A DNA stretch of 32,000 nt from Aliivibrio fischeri ES114. Lineage in GTDB: Bacteria > Pseudomonadota > Gammaproteobacteria > Enterobacterales > Vibrionaceae. Every line of letters starts with the position of its first letter. Within the stretch, counting starts at the first letter, position 1. A program made the translations under genes and the position numbers. Of this stretch, positions 1-7,999 are shown piece by piece. The notes beneath the pieces are model-generated. The model ran no database searches, was not told where the DNA came from, and was given only the letters and a program-made list of their open reading frames with translations. The stretch is taken from the NCBI RefSeq assembly GCF_000011805.1, contig NC_006840.2. One strand, 5' to 3'.

Positions 1-230
1 TTTTCCATCATCAAATCAGGTGGAATCCCTAAGTCTTCAGCAACACGGTTATAGCGCTGATATTGTGTTGAGTGGCAACCGGCACAATAATTCATGAAGA
101 TCTTCGCACCATTTTGTAGAGATGCTTGATCGCTAATATCATTATTCGCTTTATCTAATGGTACGTTTGCACCTGCTGCCATCGCCATTGATGGCAACAA
201 AGCAAAAAGCACTAAAATCAACTTTTTCAT
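1..230 (-). CDS. petC: cytochrome c1 subunit of ubiquinol-cytochrome c reductase; N-terminal part only, the gene runs off the left edge
   Basis: Hand translation of the minus strand from ATG at 230..228 gives MKKLILVLFALLPSMAMAAGANVPLDKANNDISDQASLQNGAKIFMNYCAGCHSTQY. This shows a signal peptide plus a CxxCH heme-c motif (CAGCH). The ATG overlaps the petB stop as ATGA (227..230). Position after petA-petB fits the petABC operon. Confidence 0.85.
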   Translation of the reverse strand, partial: MKKLILVLFALLPSMAMAAGANVPLDKANNDISDQASLQNGAKIFMNYCAGCHSTQYQRYNRVAEDLGIPPDLMME

Positions 231-1495
231 TTGAATGTCACCCTCTCTGGTAATGGTTTTGTGACTTCATTTTTACTGTAAATAAACAGAATAACGAAGA
301 ACATAAAGTACATCAGACTAAAGATTTGAGCTAACAGCGTATAAGTTGGTGTTGCAGGTAACGCACCTAATACACCTAATGCAATAAAGCTGATAGTAAA
401 TTGGATAATATTCAACAAGTGTAACTTGCTACGGTAACGATAAGAGCGAACCTTACAACGATCCAACCATGGAAGTAAGAACAATACGACTATCGACGCC
501 CCCATTGCTACTACCCCTAATAATTTATCAGGAACCGCACGCAAGATGGCATAGAATGGTGTGAAATACCAAACAGGCGCAATGTGCTCAGGGGTTTTTA
601 ATGGGTTTGCAGCTTCAAAGTTAGGCGGCTCAAGGAAGTAGCCTCCCATTTCAGGATTAAAGAACAACACGTAACAGAAGAAAAATAAGAAACCAGCCAC
701 ACCAATCATATCTTTAACCGTTCCATAAGGATGGAAAGGCACTGAATCAATGATGTTATATTTACTTGTGTAATATTCGTGGAACTTAAACTGTGTTTTA
801 TGCTCACCTTTATCGTCTTTTGCTTTTGGTAGTTTAGTTTCAATACCATCAGGGTTATTAGAACCAACCTCATGCAAAGCTAAAATATGAAGAACAACTA
901 GAAGTAATAAAACAATTGGTAGTGCAATAACATGAAGTGCAAAGAAACGGTTTAGCGTCGCTCCCGAAATAACATAGTCACCACGGATCCAAAGGGTAAG
1001 ATCATCACCAATAATAGGAATTGCGCCAAATAAAGAAATGATTACTTGAGCTCCCCAGTAAGACATTTGACCCCAAGGTAATAAATACCCCATGAATGCT
1101 TCAGCCATTAAAACTAAGAAGATCAACATACCAAATAACCACAACAGTTCACGCGGCTTTTGATAAGAACCATAAATTAGACCACGAAACATATGCAGGT
1201 AAACAACAACAAAAAAGGCAGATGCCCCAGTTGAGTGCATATAACGAAGTAACCATCCATAATCAACATCACGCATGATGTATTCAACAGAGGCAAACGC
1301 ACCTTCACCAGAAGGAACATAGTTCATCGTTAACCAAATACCAGTTACGATCTGATTAACCAAAACCAACATGGCCAAAGAGCCAAAGAAATACCAAAAG
1401 TTAAAGTTTTTTGGCATTGGGTACTCTGATAAATGCTTCTTATATGCATTCATCGCAGGCAGACGCTTCTCTACCCAATCAAGTAACGGTTGCAT
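227..1495 (-). CDS. petB: cytochrome b subunit of the bc1 complex
   Basis: 422-aa polytopic membrane ORF with typical cytochrome b sequence (WYFFGSL, PVWYFTPFYAILR). It lies between the Rieske and c1 genes. Its ATG overlaps the petA stop by 1 nt (TAATG at 1493..1497). Confidence 0.95.
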   Translation of the reverse strand: MQPLLDWVEKRLPAMNAYKKHLSEYPMPKNFNFWYFFGSLAMLVLVNQIVTGIWLTMNYVPSGEGAFASVEYIMRDVDYGWLLRYMHSTGASAFFVVVYLHMFRGLIYGSYQKPRELLWLFGMLIFLVLMAEAFMGYLLPWGQMSYWGAQVIISLFGAIPIIGDDLTLWIRGDYVISGATLNRFFALHVIALPIVLLLLVVLHILALHEVGSNNPDGIETKLPKAKDDKGEHKTQFKFHEYYTSKYNIIDSVPFHPYGTVKDMIGVAGFLFFFCYVLFFNPEMGGYFLEPPNFEAANPLKTPEHIAPVWYFTPFYAILRAVPDKLLGVVAMGASIVVLFLLPWLDRCKVRSYRYRSKLHLLNIIQFTISFIALGVLGALPATPTYTLLAQIFSLMYFMFFVILFIYSKNEVTKPLPERVTFK

Positions 1496-2088
1496 TAGGC
1501 TTCCCCTCCTTCATCAACCCCAACTAGGATACGAGTATCACTAAGGTACATGTGCTTAGGAACAACAAGATTCAGAGGTGCCGGAACACCTTGGAATACT
1601 CGACCCGCCATATCAAATTTAGAGCCATGACATGGGCAGAAGAAACCAGAATTAACCCCCTCAACTTGTTCACTAAAACTGTCAGGTAAATAGGTAGGTG
1701 AACAGCCAAGGTGAGTACAGATGCCAACTGCTAAAAAGATTTCTGGCTTAATTGAGCGATATGCATTTTGAGCATATTCAGGTTGTTGTTCTTCCCCAGA
1801 AGACGGGTCTCGAAGTTGACCCTCAATTTCAGTTAATGATTGTAAAAGTGCTTCTGAACGACGAACAACCCATACAGGTTTTCCTCGCCACTCAACACGA
1901 ACCATCTGCCCATCCTCGAGCTTACTGATATCGACTTCAACCGGAGCACCAGCAGCTTTCGCTTTTGCACTCGGGTTCCAAGATTTAATAAAAGGTACGG
2001 CCACCGCAGCAGCTCCTAGCCCACCAACAACAGCAGTTGTGGCGGTTAAGAAACGACGTCGACCATTACTCACTGGCGCATTGCTCAT
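1495..2088 (-). CDS. petA: Rieske iron-sulfur subunit of ubiquinol-cytochrome c reductase
   Basis: Rieske boxes CTHLGC and CPCHGS are present, with a Tat-type signal NGRRRFL. Start set at ATG 2088..2086 (MSNAPVSNGRRRF), which has GGAGA 7 nt upstream. The ORF-track start at 2136 lacks this RBS. Confidence 0.93.
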   Translation of the reverse strand: MSNAPVSNGRRRFLTATTAVVGGLGAAAVAVPFIKSWNPSAKAKAAGAPVEVDISKLEDGQMVRVEWRGKPVWVVRRSEALLQSLTEIEGQLRDPSSGEEQQPEYAQNAYRSIKPEIFLAVGICTHLGCSPTYLPDSFSEQVEGVNSGFFCPCHGSKFDMAGRVFQGVPAPLNLVVPKHMYLSDTRILVGVDEGGEA

Positions 2089-2252
2089 CCAACTTTCTCC
2101 CATTTGCTCTATGTGGTTTTTATTATGTCCATACATTTACGAGCTACGGCTAACTTTCAATGGTGTGATACAACAGAACTTTACTATTCCAAACGCTCTA
2201 AAGAGGCTCAAAATTGATTCGTATATTATTAGGCTGCTGTTTTAACCCATAA

Positions 2253-2281
2253 ATGATAAAGAAAACCTTACTTTTTGACAA
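2253..2281 (-). promoter_or_regulatory. candidate sigma70 promoter for petABC
   Basis: Minus strand reads TTGTCA-17 nt-TATCAT (-35 at 2276..2281, -10 at 2253..2258), about 165 nt upstream of the petA ATG. Sequence match only. Confidence 0.3.
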
Positions 2282-2394
2282 GATAAAGCTACTTTTTTGC
2301 AACATTTGTGAGATATGTAGAGTTTTTGTAGTGAGATTGGAGAAAGGATAAAAAAAGAGAAAGGAATTCAAGACTTAAAAATGTTTTAAGCTCA

Positions 2395-2432
2395 CAAAAA
2401 CAACAAAAGCCCAGCATAAATGCTGGGCTTTT
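2395..2432 (-). terminator. rho-independent terminator of rplM-rpsI
   Basis: Stem of 12 bp, AAAAGCCCAGCA / TGCTGGGCTTTT (2405..2416 and 2421..2432), with loop TAAA. On the minus strand it is followed by TTTTGTTGTTTTTG. Confidence 0.8.
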
Positions 2433-2445
2433 GACCACAATACCA

Positions 2446-2470
2446 AAGGAGTTTTGAAACAAAACTCCTT
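2446..2470 (-). terminator. additional stem-loop immediately after the rpsI stop
   Basis: AAGGAGTTTT-GAAAC-AAAACTCCTT, a 10-bp stem 13 nt downstream of the rpsI stop. The U-tract is poor, so it may be a stabilising or processing hairpin rather than a terminator. Confidence 0.4.
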
Positions 2471-2482
2471 GGAAGCGTAAAA

Positions 2483-2875
2483 TTAACGCTTAGAGAATTG
2501 TGGTTTACGACGTGCTTTACGTAGACCAACTTTCTTACGTTCAACGCAACGTGCGTCACGAGTAACGTAGCCAGCTGCGCGTAGTGCAGGACGTAGTGAT
2601 TCATCGTATTGCATTAGAGCACGTGTGATACCGTGACGGATCGCACCAGCTTGACCAGAAATACCACCACCAGAAACAGTGATGTATAGGTCTAGTTTAT
2701 CAGTCATTTCAACTAGCTCTAGAGGTTGGTTAACAACCATACGTGCTGTTGGACGACCGAAGTAAACTTCAAGGCTGCGCTTGTTGATTACGATGTTGCC
2801 AGTACCCGGTTTGATGAAAACACGAGCTGCTGAGCTTTTACGGCGACCAGTGCCGTAGTATTGATTCTCTGCCAT
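2483..2875 (-). CDS. rpsI: 30S ribosomal protein S9
   Basis: Near-identical to E. coli S9 ([24 protein letters not shown]...RRKPQFSKR). Start set at the second ATG (2875). GAGGA lies 8 nt upstream of it and only 2 nt from the first ATG at 2881. Confidence 0.97.
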
Positions 2876-2890
2876 TGCCATAATCCTCGA

Positions 2891-3319
2891 TTAAATGTCT
2901 AGTACTTGTGGTTGTTGAGCAGTGTGGTTATGCTCAGCGCCAGCGTAAACTTTAAGTTTACGGTACATAGCACGACCAAGAGGACCACGTGGAAGCATAC
3001 CTTTAACAGCTAATTCAATAACCATTTCAGGTTTACGATCGATCAGTTTCTCGAAAGAAATAGATTTTAGACCGCCTGGGAATTCAGAGTGACGGTAGTA
3101 GATCTTATCAGATGCTTTCTTACCAGTTACTCGTACTTTCTCAGCGTTGATAACGATGATGTAATCACCAGTATCTACGTGAGGAGTGTATTCTGCTTTA
3201 TGCTTACCGCGTAGGCGAGATGCGATTTCAGTTGCGATACGACCAAGAGTTTTACCTTCAGCGTCTACAACATACCAGTCACGCTTTACAGCGGCTGGTT
3301 TAGCAACGAAAGTTTTCAT
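2891..3319 (-). CDS. rplM: 50S ribosomal protein L13
   Basis: 142 aa, collinear with E. coli L13 ([23 protein letters not shown]...AQQPQVLDI). Confidence 0.97.
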   Translation of the reverse strand: MKTFVAKPAAVKRDWYVVDAEGKTLGRIATEIASRLRGKHKAEYTPHVDTGDYIIVINAEKVRVTGKKASDKIYYRHSEFPGGLKSISFEKLIDRKPEMVIELAVKGMLPRGPLGRAMYRKLKVYAGAEHNHTAQQPQVLDI

Positions 3320-3458
3320 GCTAATGATACCCGTTATTAAATAATTTCACTGATTAGGAGCTTTCGCTCCCACTGTATATTTTTGAGCCCAGTCATCACC
3401 CCTTCGAGTGGTTGGCACTCTTGGCAATTAAGCCAGTACAGTAACGGTGGGTCGCAGG

Positions 3459-3487
3459 ATTATAGAGAAGTGTGAGGAAAAAATCAC
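3459..3487 (-). promoter_or_regulatory. candidate sigma70 promoter of rplM-rpsI
   Basis: Minus strand reads AAAAAAAAG-GTGATT-17 nt-TATAAT (-35 at 3482..3487, -10 at 3459..3464). There is a perfect -10 and an upstream A-tract. It would give a ~130-nt leader. Confidence 0.45.
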
Positions 3488-3515
3488 CTTTTTTTTGAAG
3501 ATATTTCACATATCG

Positions 3516-3569
3516 GCAAAAAAAATTAAAAAAACTGAGTTTTGAGCTCCATCACAGTAAATGAAGCTC
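3516..3569 (-). terminator. rho-independent terminator of zapE
   Basis: Hairpin GAGCTCCAT / ATGAAGCTC (3544..3552 and 3561..3569, one mismatch). On the minus strand it is followed by a T-rich run (AAAACTCAGTTTTTTTAATTTTTTTT). Confidence 0.6.
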
Positions 3570-3598
3570 TTAAATCACCAAAAAGTCCCTTTCTTTGA

Positions 3599-4705
3599 CT
3601 AAGATAAATGTTCTTTTGATAAGTACTCATGGCTTTGCATTTCAATCAATCTTGATTGACAACGTTGAAATTCAAACGTTAAACGGCCTTTTTGGTATAT
3701 AGAGGTTAAATCTACCTCAGCTGAGATTATCAATTTTACATTTCGCTCATAAAATTCATCAACCATAGCGATAAAACGACGAGCAGCATCATCATTTACC
3801 TCTCCCATTATTTTTACGTTAGAGAGCAAAACCGTATGATATAAACGAGAGAGTTCAATGTAATCGTGCTGACTACGAGCACTTTCACATAGAGATGCAA
3901 AATCAAAATGAACCACACCATCCCCTTCGGCTTTTACCTCTATAAGACGATGGTTAATTTCTATTTGAGTCGATTCGTAATCGCAACCAGAAGCTAACTG
4001 CAAGAAATAACCTTTCATATTAGTTTCAGCATCGCTATCTAATGGGTAATGGTATATTTCTGCCTGCTCTAGCGTTCTAAGGCGATAATCAACACCACTA
4101 TCGACATTAATAATGTCACAATGCTGCTCAATTAGAGAAATAGCAGGTAAAAAGCGAGCTCGCTGTAGCCCATTACGGTATAAATCTTGAGGTAATATAT
4201 TCGACGTAGCGACTAACGTTATCCCTCTAGCGAACAACGCCTCTAGCAACGTTGCTAAAATCATCGCATCAGTAATGTCAGAAACAAAAAACTCATCAAA
4301 ACAGATAATGTCGGTTTCTTGTTTAAATTTATCAGCAACAATAAGTAAAGGATCAGACTGCTGCTTTAGCTCTCCCAATTCATCATGCACTCGCTGCATA
4401 AAACGATGAAAATGAATCCGCATCTTTCTTTCTGTAGGTAAAGCATCATAAAAGGTATCGACTAAATACGTTTTCCCTCGACCAACACCGCCCCAAAAAT
4501 ACAACCCTTTTTCTGGAGTTAACTTTTGTGGTTTCTCTTTTTTAAAAAATCGTTTCCATGATTTTTTTGCTGGCTCTTCAGGAACTTTTAATTCTAAAAA
4601 ACGTCGATATAAATCATCAAGATGTTCTACAGCATTTCGTTGAGCGCTATCATGCATAAACCCCTCTTGATTGAGGTCTTGCTGATATTTTTCTAATGGT
4701 GTCAT
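3599..4705 (-). CDS. zapE: cell division AAA-family ATPase ZapE (YhcM)
   Basis: Collinear with E. coli YhcM/ZapE. Walker A GGVGRGKT and Walker B ICFDEFFVSDITDA are present, and it sits next to rplM as in E. coli. Start taken at MTPLEKYQ (4705) by homolog length. An upstream in-frame ATG at 4744 cannot be excluded, and the SD is weak for both. Confidence 0.9.
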   Translation of the reverse strand: MTPLEKYQQDLNQEGFMHDSAQRNAVEHLDDLYRRFLELKVPEEPAKKSWKRFFKKEKPQKLTPEKGLYFWGGVGRGKTYLVDTFYDALPTERKMRIHFHRFMQRVHDELGELKQQSDPLLIVADKFKQETDIICFDEFFVSDITDAMILATLLEALFARGITLVATSNILPQDLYRNGLQRARFLPAISLIEQHCDIINVDSGVDYRLRTLEQAEIYHYPLDSDAETNMKGYFLQLASGCDYESTQIEINHRLIEVKAEGDGVVHFDFASLCESARSQHDYIELSRLYHTVLLSNVKIMGEVNDDAARRFIAMVDEFYERNVKLIISAEVDLTSIYQKGRLTFEFQRCQSRLIEMQSHEYLSKEHLS

Positions 4706-4855
4706 CACTTTTAATCTTTTCTTTTGTTGATTGACTCCCTTCATAGTAGCATGTTCTCAACACACCCTATGAGTGGGCTAACTCACAGTTACACCAATCA
4801 GATTAACTCGTTAATCAGCCGACTCATATTAATAAAAAACGGTAAGGAGTATTTC

Positions 4856-5311
4856 ATGGCGTGGACATACGCTTTAATTGGCTTAGCTGTTGGTATTACC
4901 ATTGGCTTTATGATTTCTCGTTTTACAGTACCAGGTATTAAACACCAAAAGTCGTTAAAACAAGATTTAGAAAAATCTAAGTACGAATTGGAACAATACC
5001 GTCAAGAGTTGGTTGATCACTTCGCAACAAGTGCCACTATGCTAGAGGCATTAGCGAAAGACTTTAATAAAATGTATGACCATATGGCGTCTACATCAAA
5101 AGAATTAATGCCTAATCTTCCAGAGCAAGACAACCCGTTTTCAGCGCGTTTAGGAGAAATGACTCTCTCACCAGAGCTAAACAAAAAAGTGGCTCATGTA
5201 AAAGATGAAATTAGTAAGCAACCTAAAGATTACGCTAATGGAGCAACAGGCCTTTTAAAGGATGAGCACCGAGTTGATATCAACGCAAAAAAAGAAGATA
5301 AAATCGCTTAA
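4856..5311 (+). CDS. zapG: Z-ring associated inner-membrane protein ZapG (YhcB, DUF1043)
   Basis: MAWTYALIGLAVGITIGF matches the E. coli YhcB N-terminus MTWEYALIGLVVGIIIG, giving an N-terminal TM helix followed by a coiled coil. AAGGAG lies 7 nt upstream of ATG 4856. The ORF-track start at 4724 is an extension. Confidence 0.9.
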   Translation: MAWTYALIGLAVGITIGFMISRFTVPGIKHQKSLKQDLEKSKYELEQYRQELVDHFATSATMLEALAKDFNKMYDHMASTSKELMPNLPEQDNPFSARLGEMTLSPELNKKVAHVKDEISKQPKDYANGATGLLKDEHRVDINAKKEDKIA

Positions 5312-5390
5312 AACCCGAAGTTATCAATGAACTTTCTCAAAGGTTTTTGAGTCGAATAAGTACACTTTGTTTAATTAAGAGTACATTTCG

Positions 5391-6758
5391 ATGAAAAAAC
5401 CTTTGCTCGTTTTAGGTGCTTTAACTTTAAGCATCAGTGCCATCCTTACCCCTATTCAATCACAGGCAGCCTTACCTATTGCAGTTGATTCACAACAGCT
5501 GCCAAGTCTTGCTCCTATGTTAGAAAAGATCACACCAGCAGTAGTCAGTATCGCTGTAGAAGGTACTCAAGTATCTAAACGTCATATACCTGAACAATTT
5601 CGTTTTTTCTTTGGCCCAGACTTCCCCTCTGAACAAGTTCAAGAGCAGCCATTTAGAGGTCTCGGTTCTGGCGTTATTGTTGATGCAAAAAAAGGATATA
5701 TTGTTACCAACCACCATGTAATTAATAACGCTGAAAAAATATTAGTTCAATTACACGATGGACGTGAATATACCGCAGAGTTGATTGGTAGCGATGAATT
5801 GTCTGATATCGCTTTACTAAAACTTGAAGAGGCAAAAAACTTAACCGAAATAAAATTAGCGGATTCAGATAATTTACGTGTCGGAGATTTTAGTGTTGCC
5901 ATTGGTAACCCTTTTGGCCTTGGTCAAACCGTAACCTCTGGTATTATTTCAGCTTTAGGCCGCAGTGGATTAAACCTAGATAACTTTGAAAACTTTATTC
6001 AAACGGATGCAGCTATCAATAGTGGTAACTCTGGTGGTGCTCTTGTCAATCTAAATGGCGACTTAATTGGTATTAACACCGCAATATTGGGGCCTAATGG
6101 CGGCAACGTAGGCATTGGCTTTGCGATCCCATCAAATATGGTTCGTAATTTATCAGAGCAGATTTTAGAGTTTGGCCATGTTAAGCGCGGTATTCTTGGT
6201 GTTCAAGGTGGAGAATTAACACCAGAGCTAGCTGAAGCATTCGACTATGAAACCAACCATGGTGCTTTTGTTAGTCAGGTAGTTCCAGACAGTGCCGCTG
6301 ATAAAGCCGGAATTCAAGCGGGTGATATACTTATCTCTATAAACGGCAAAAAAATCCAAACTTTCGGTGAGTTACGAGCCAAAGTCGCCACTTTAGGTGC
6401 AGGTAAAAAAGTGACCTTAGGCTTGATTCGTGATGGAAAAGAAAAAACAGTTACCGCAACACTAAAAGAAGCGGAACAAATTAAAGCACAAGCTGAAAAC
6501 CTTCATAATGGATTAAAAGGAGCGGAACTACAAAACACCACTCAATCAGATCCAGTTAAAGGCGTGAAGATCAGTAATGTAGAAAAAACATCCATGGCAC
6601 AACGTTACGGTTTACAAAAAGACGATATTATTATCGGTGTTAACCGCAAACCGGTGAAAAATTTACAGCAATTTAGAAAATTACTTGAAAGTAAACCGCC
6701 TGTACTTGCATTGAATATTCAACGTGGTGAACACACGCTTTATCTAGTAATTAAGTAA
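5391..6758 (+). CDS. degQ: periplasmic serine endoprotease of the DegP/DegQ family (two PDZ domains)
   Basis: Signal peptide ending SQA. Trypsin-like triad contexts TNHHV, SDIALLK and GNSGGAL, followed by two PDZ-like segments. Position zapG-degQ-degS matches E. coli. Confidence 0.92.
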   Translation: MKKPLLVLGALTLSISAILTPIQSQAALPIAVDSQQLPSLAPMLEKITPAVVSIAVEGTQVSKRHIPEQFRFFFGPDFPSEQVQEQPFRGLGSGVIVDAKKGYIVTNHHVINNAEKILVQLHDGREYTAELIGSDELSDIALLKLEEAKNLTEIKLADSDNLRVGDFSVAIGNPFGLGQTVTSGIISALGRSGLNLDNFENFIQTDAAINSGNSGGALVNLNGDLIGINTAILGPNGGNVGIGFAIPSNMVRNLSEQILEFGHVKRGILGVQGGELTPELAEAFDYETNHGAFVSQVVPDSAADKAGIQAGDILISINGKKIQTFGELRAKVATLGAGKKVTLGLIRDGKEKTVTATLKEAEQIKAQAENLHNGLKGAELQNTTQSDPVKGVKISNVEKTSMAQRYGLQKDDIIIGVNRKPVKNLQQFRKLLESKPPVLALNIQRGEHTLYLVIK

Positions 6759-6761
6759 CCT

Positions 6762-6796
6762 AGAAGCAAGCACTCATTCTTTGAGTGCTTGCTTCT
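6762..6796 (+). terminator. strong stem-loop between degQ and degS (attenuator or partial terminator)
   Basis: Perfect 15-bp stem AGAAGCAAGCACTCA / TGAGTGCTTGCTTCT with loop TTCTT, starting 4 nt after the degQ stop. No U-tract follows (CCATCCTC). Confidence 0.5.
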
Positions 6797-6872
6797 CCAT
6801 CCTCTACTTTTTAACTAGATTCAATGTTATCCTAATCAATTATTCTTTTTATTCATCAAGGTTAGGAAGCCA

Positions 6873-7937
6873 ATGCTCTCATTCTTATTGCGTTCAGCTA
6901 TGATAGGTATCGCAACAGCTGCGATATTGCTGTTTGCATTCCCTAACCTACGTTCAAACATCACGCTAGATCAAGGTGCGATAGAGCGAACTTCCCAGAA
7001 CAGTAAGCAAATTTCATTTAATTATGCCGTTCGTCGAGCCGCTCCTGCTGTTGTCAATATCTATAGCCGTAAATACAACGATAATGACCGTCTACGTTTA
7101 GATACAGAAGGCTTAGGTTCTGGTGTTATCGTGAGTGATAAAGGCTACATCATTACTAACTATCATGTTGTTGCCGATGCTGATCAAGTCATTGTAGCTC
7201 TTCAAGATGGGCGCTTATTTAACTCTCAATTAATTGGTAAAGATAAACGTACTGACTTAGCTGTATTACAAATTAAAGATGCTAACCTCCCTGTTATTCC
7301 ATTAAACCCAAACTATCAAGCTGATATTGGCGATGTTGTGCTGGCTATTGGTAACCCATATAACCTAGGACAAACCACAACCTTCGGGATTATTTCTGCT
7401 ACCGGACGAGCGGCGTTGAGTGCCGACGGTACACAAGGTTTAATTCAAACAGACGCAGCGATCAATCGAGGTAACTCAGGTGGCGCTCTAGTCAATACCA
7501 GAGGTGAACTCGTTGGTATCAATACCGCCTCATTCCAACAAGCCACTGAGCTAGAAACTTATGGTATTTCATTTGCTATTCCTTATGCTCTTGCGGATAA
7601 AATCATGCGTCGATTGATTGCAGATGGACAAGTGATTCGTGGTTATATTGGTATTGATGGAAGAGACATCAATCCAGCCATGGCAAGATTAATGAATGCA
7701 GATAATATAAACGGTATTTTAGTTTTAGGTGTTTCCCCAAATAGCCCAGCAGAAAAAGCCGGTATCATTACTCAAGATATAATCACCAGTATCGATGGTA
7801 AAAGTGTTACTAATAGACAAAGCGTCATTGATATCGTAACAGAGTTAAGACCCGGTACTGAAGTGGATGTTGATGTAATTCGCAAAGGGAAAACTGAGAC
7901 GATTAAAGTAACTATTGAAGAAGACCCAAACAATTAA
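6873..7937 (+). CDS. degS: inner-membrane-anchored serine protease DegS (sigma-E stress sensor protease)
   Basis: 354 aa, collinear with E. coli DegS. N-terminal TM anchor, AVRRAAPAVVN, triad contexts TNYHV / TDLAVL / GNSGGAL, and a single PDZ. AGGA lies 5 nt upstream of the ATG. Confidence 0.93.
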   Translation: MLSFLLRSAMIGIATAAILLFAFPNLRSNITLDQGAIERTSQNSKQISFNYAVRRAAPAVVNIYSRKYNDNDRLRLDTEGLGSGVIVSDKGYIITNYHVVADADQVIVALQDGRLFNSQLIGKDKRTDLAVLQIKDANLPVIPLNPNYQADIGDVVLAIGNPYNLGQTTTFGIISATGRAALSADGTQGLIQTDAAINRGNSGGALVNTRGELVGINTASFQQATELETYGISFAIPYALADKIMRRLIADGQVIRGYIGIDGRDINPAMARLMNADNINGILVLGVSPNSPAEKAGIITQDIITSIDGKSVTNRQSVIDIVTELRPGTEVDVDVIRKGKTETIKVTIEEDPNN

Positions 7938-7941
7938 TAAA

Positions 7942-7971
7942 AAAATAGCGCATTAAAAAATGCGCTATTTT
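7942..7971. terminator. bidirectional rho-independent terminator shared by the convergent genes degS and parC
   Basis: AAAATAGCGCATT-AAAA-AATGCGCTATTTT. The 13-bp stem is flanked by an A-run and a T-run, so it works on both strands. Confidence 0.85.
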
Positions 7972-7999
7972 GTATCTAAGCAATCGCAATGACTAAAGG

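Noticed and set aside
2039-2604. Small ORFs at 2039..2245 (plus strand, 68 aa) and 2392..2604 (minus strand, 70 aa) around the petA / rpsI intergenic region.
   Set aside because: The first is antisense to the petA start and its leader. The second runs through the rpsI terminator hairpins and overlaps rpsI out of frame. Neither has an RBS or a recognisable protein sequence.
4724-4855. N-terminal extensions of several ORF-track models: zapG from 4724, petA from 2136, hldE from 17895, glnE from 20895, ygiF from 25207, yqiB from 14197 and gspB from 28887.
   Set aside because: Homolog N-termini begin at internal Met codons. For most of these genes the internal Met has a well-placed Shine-Dalgarno sequence. 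For yqiB the support is instead the homolog N-terminus and a start 1 nt after the nudF stop. The extensions lack such support or would overlap the upstream gene.
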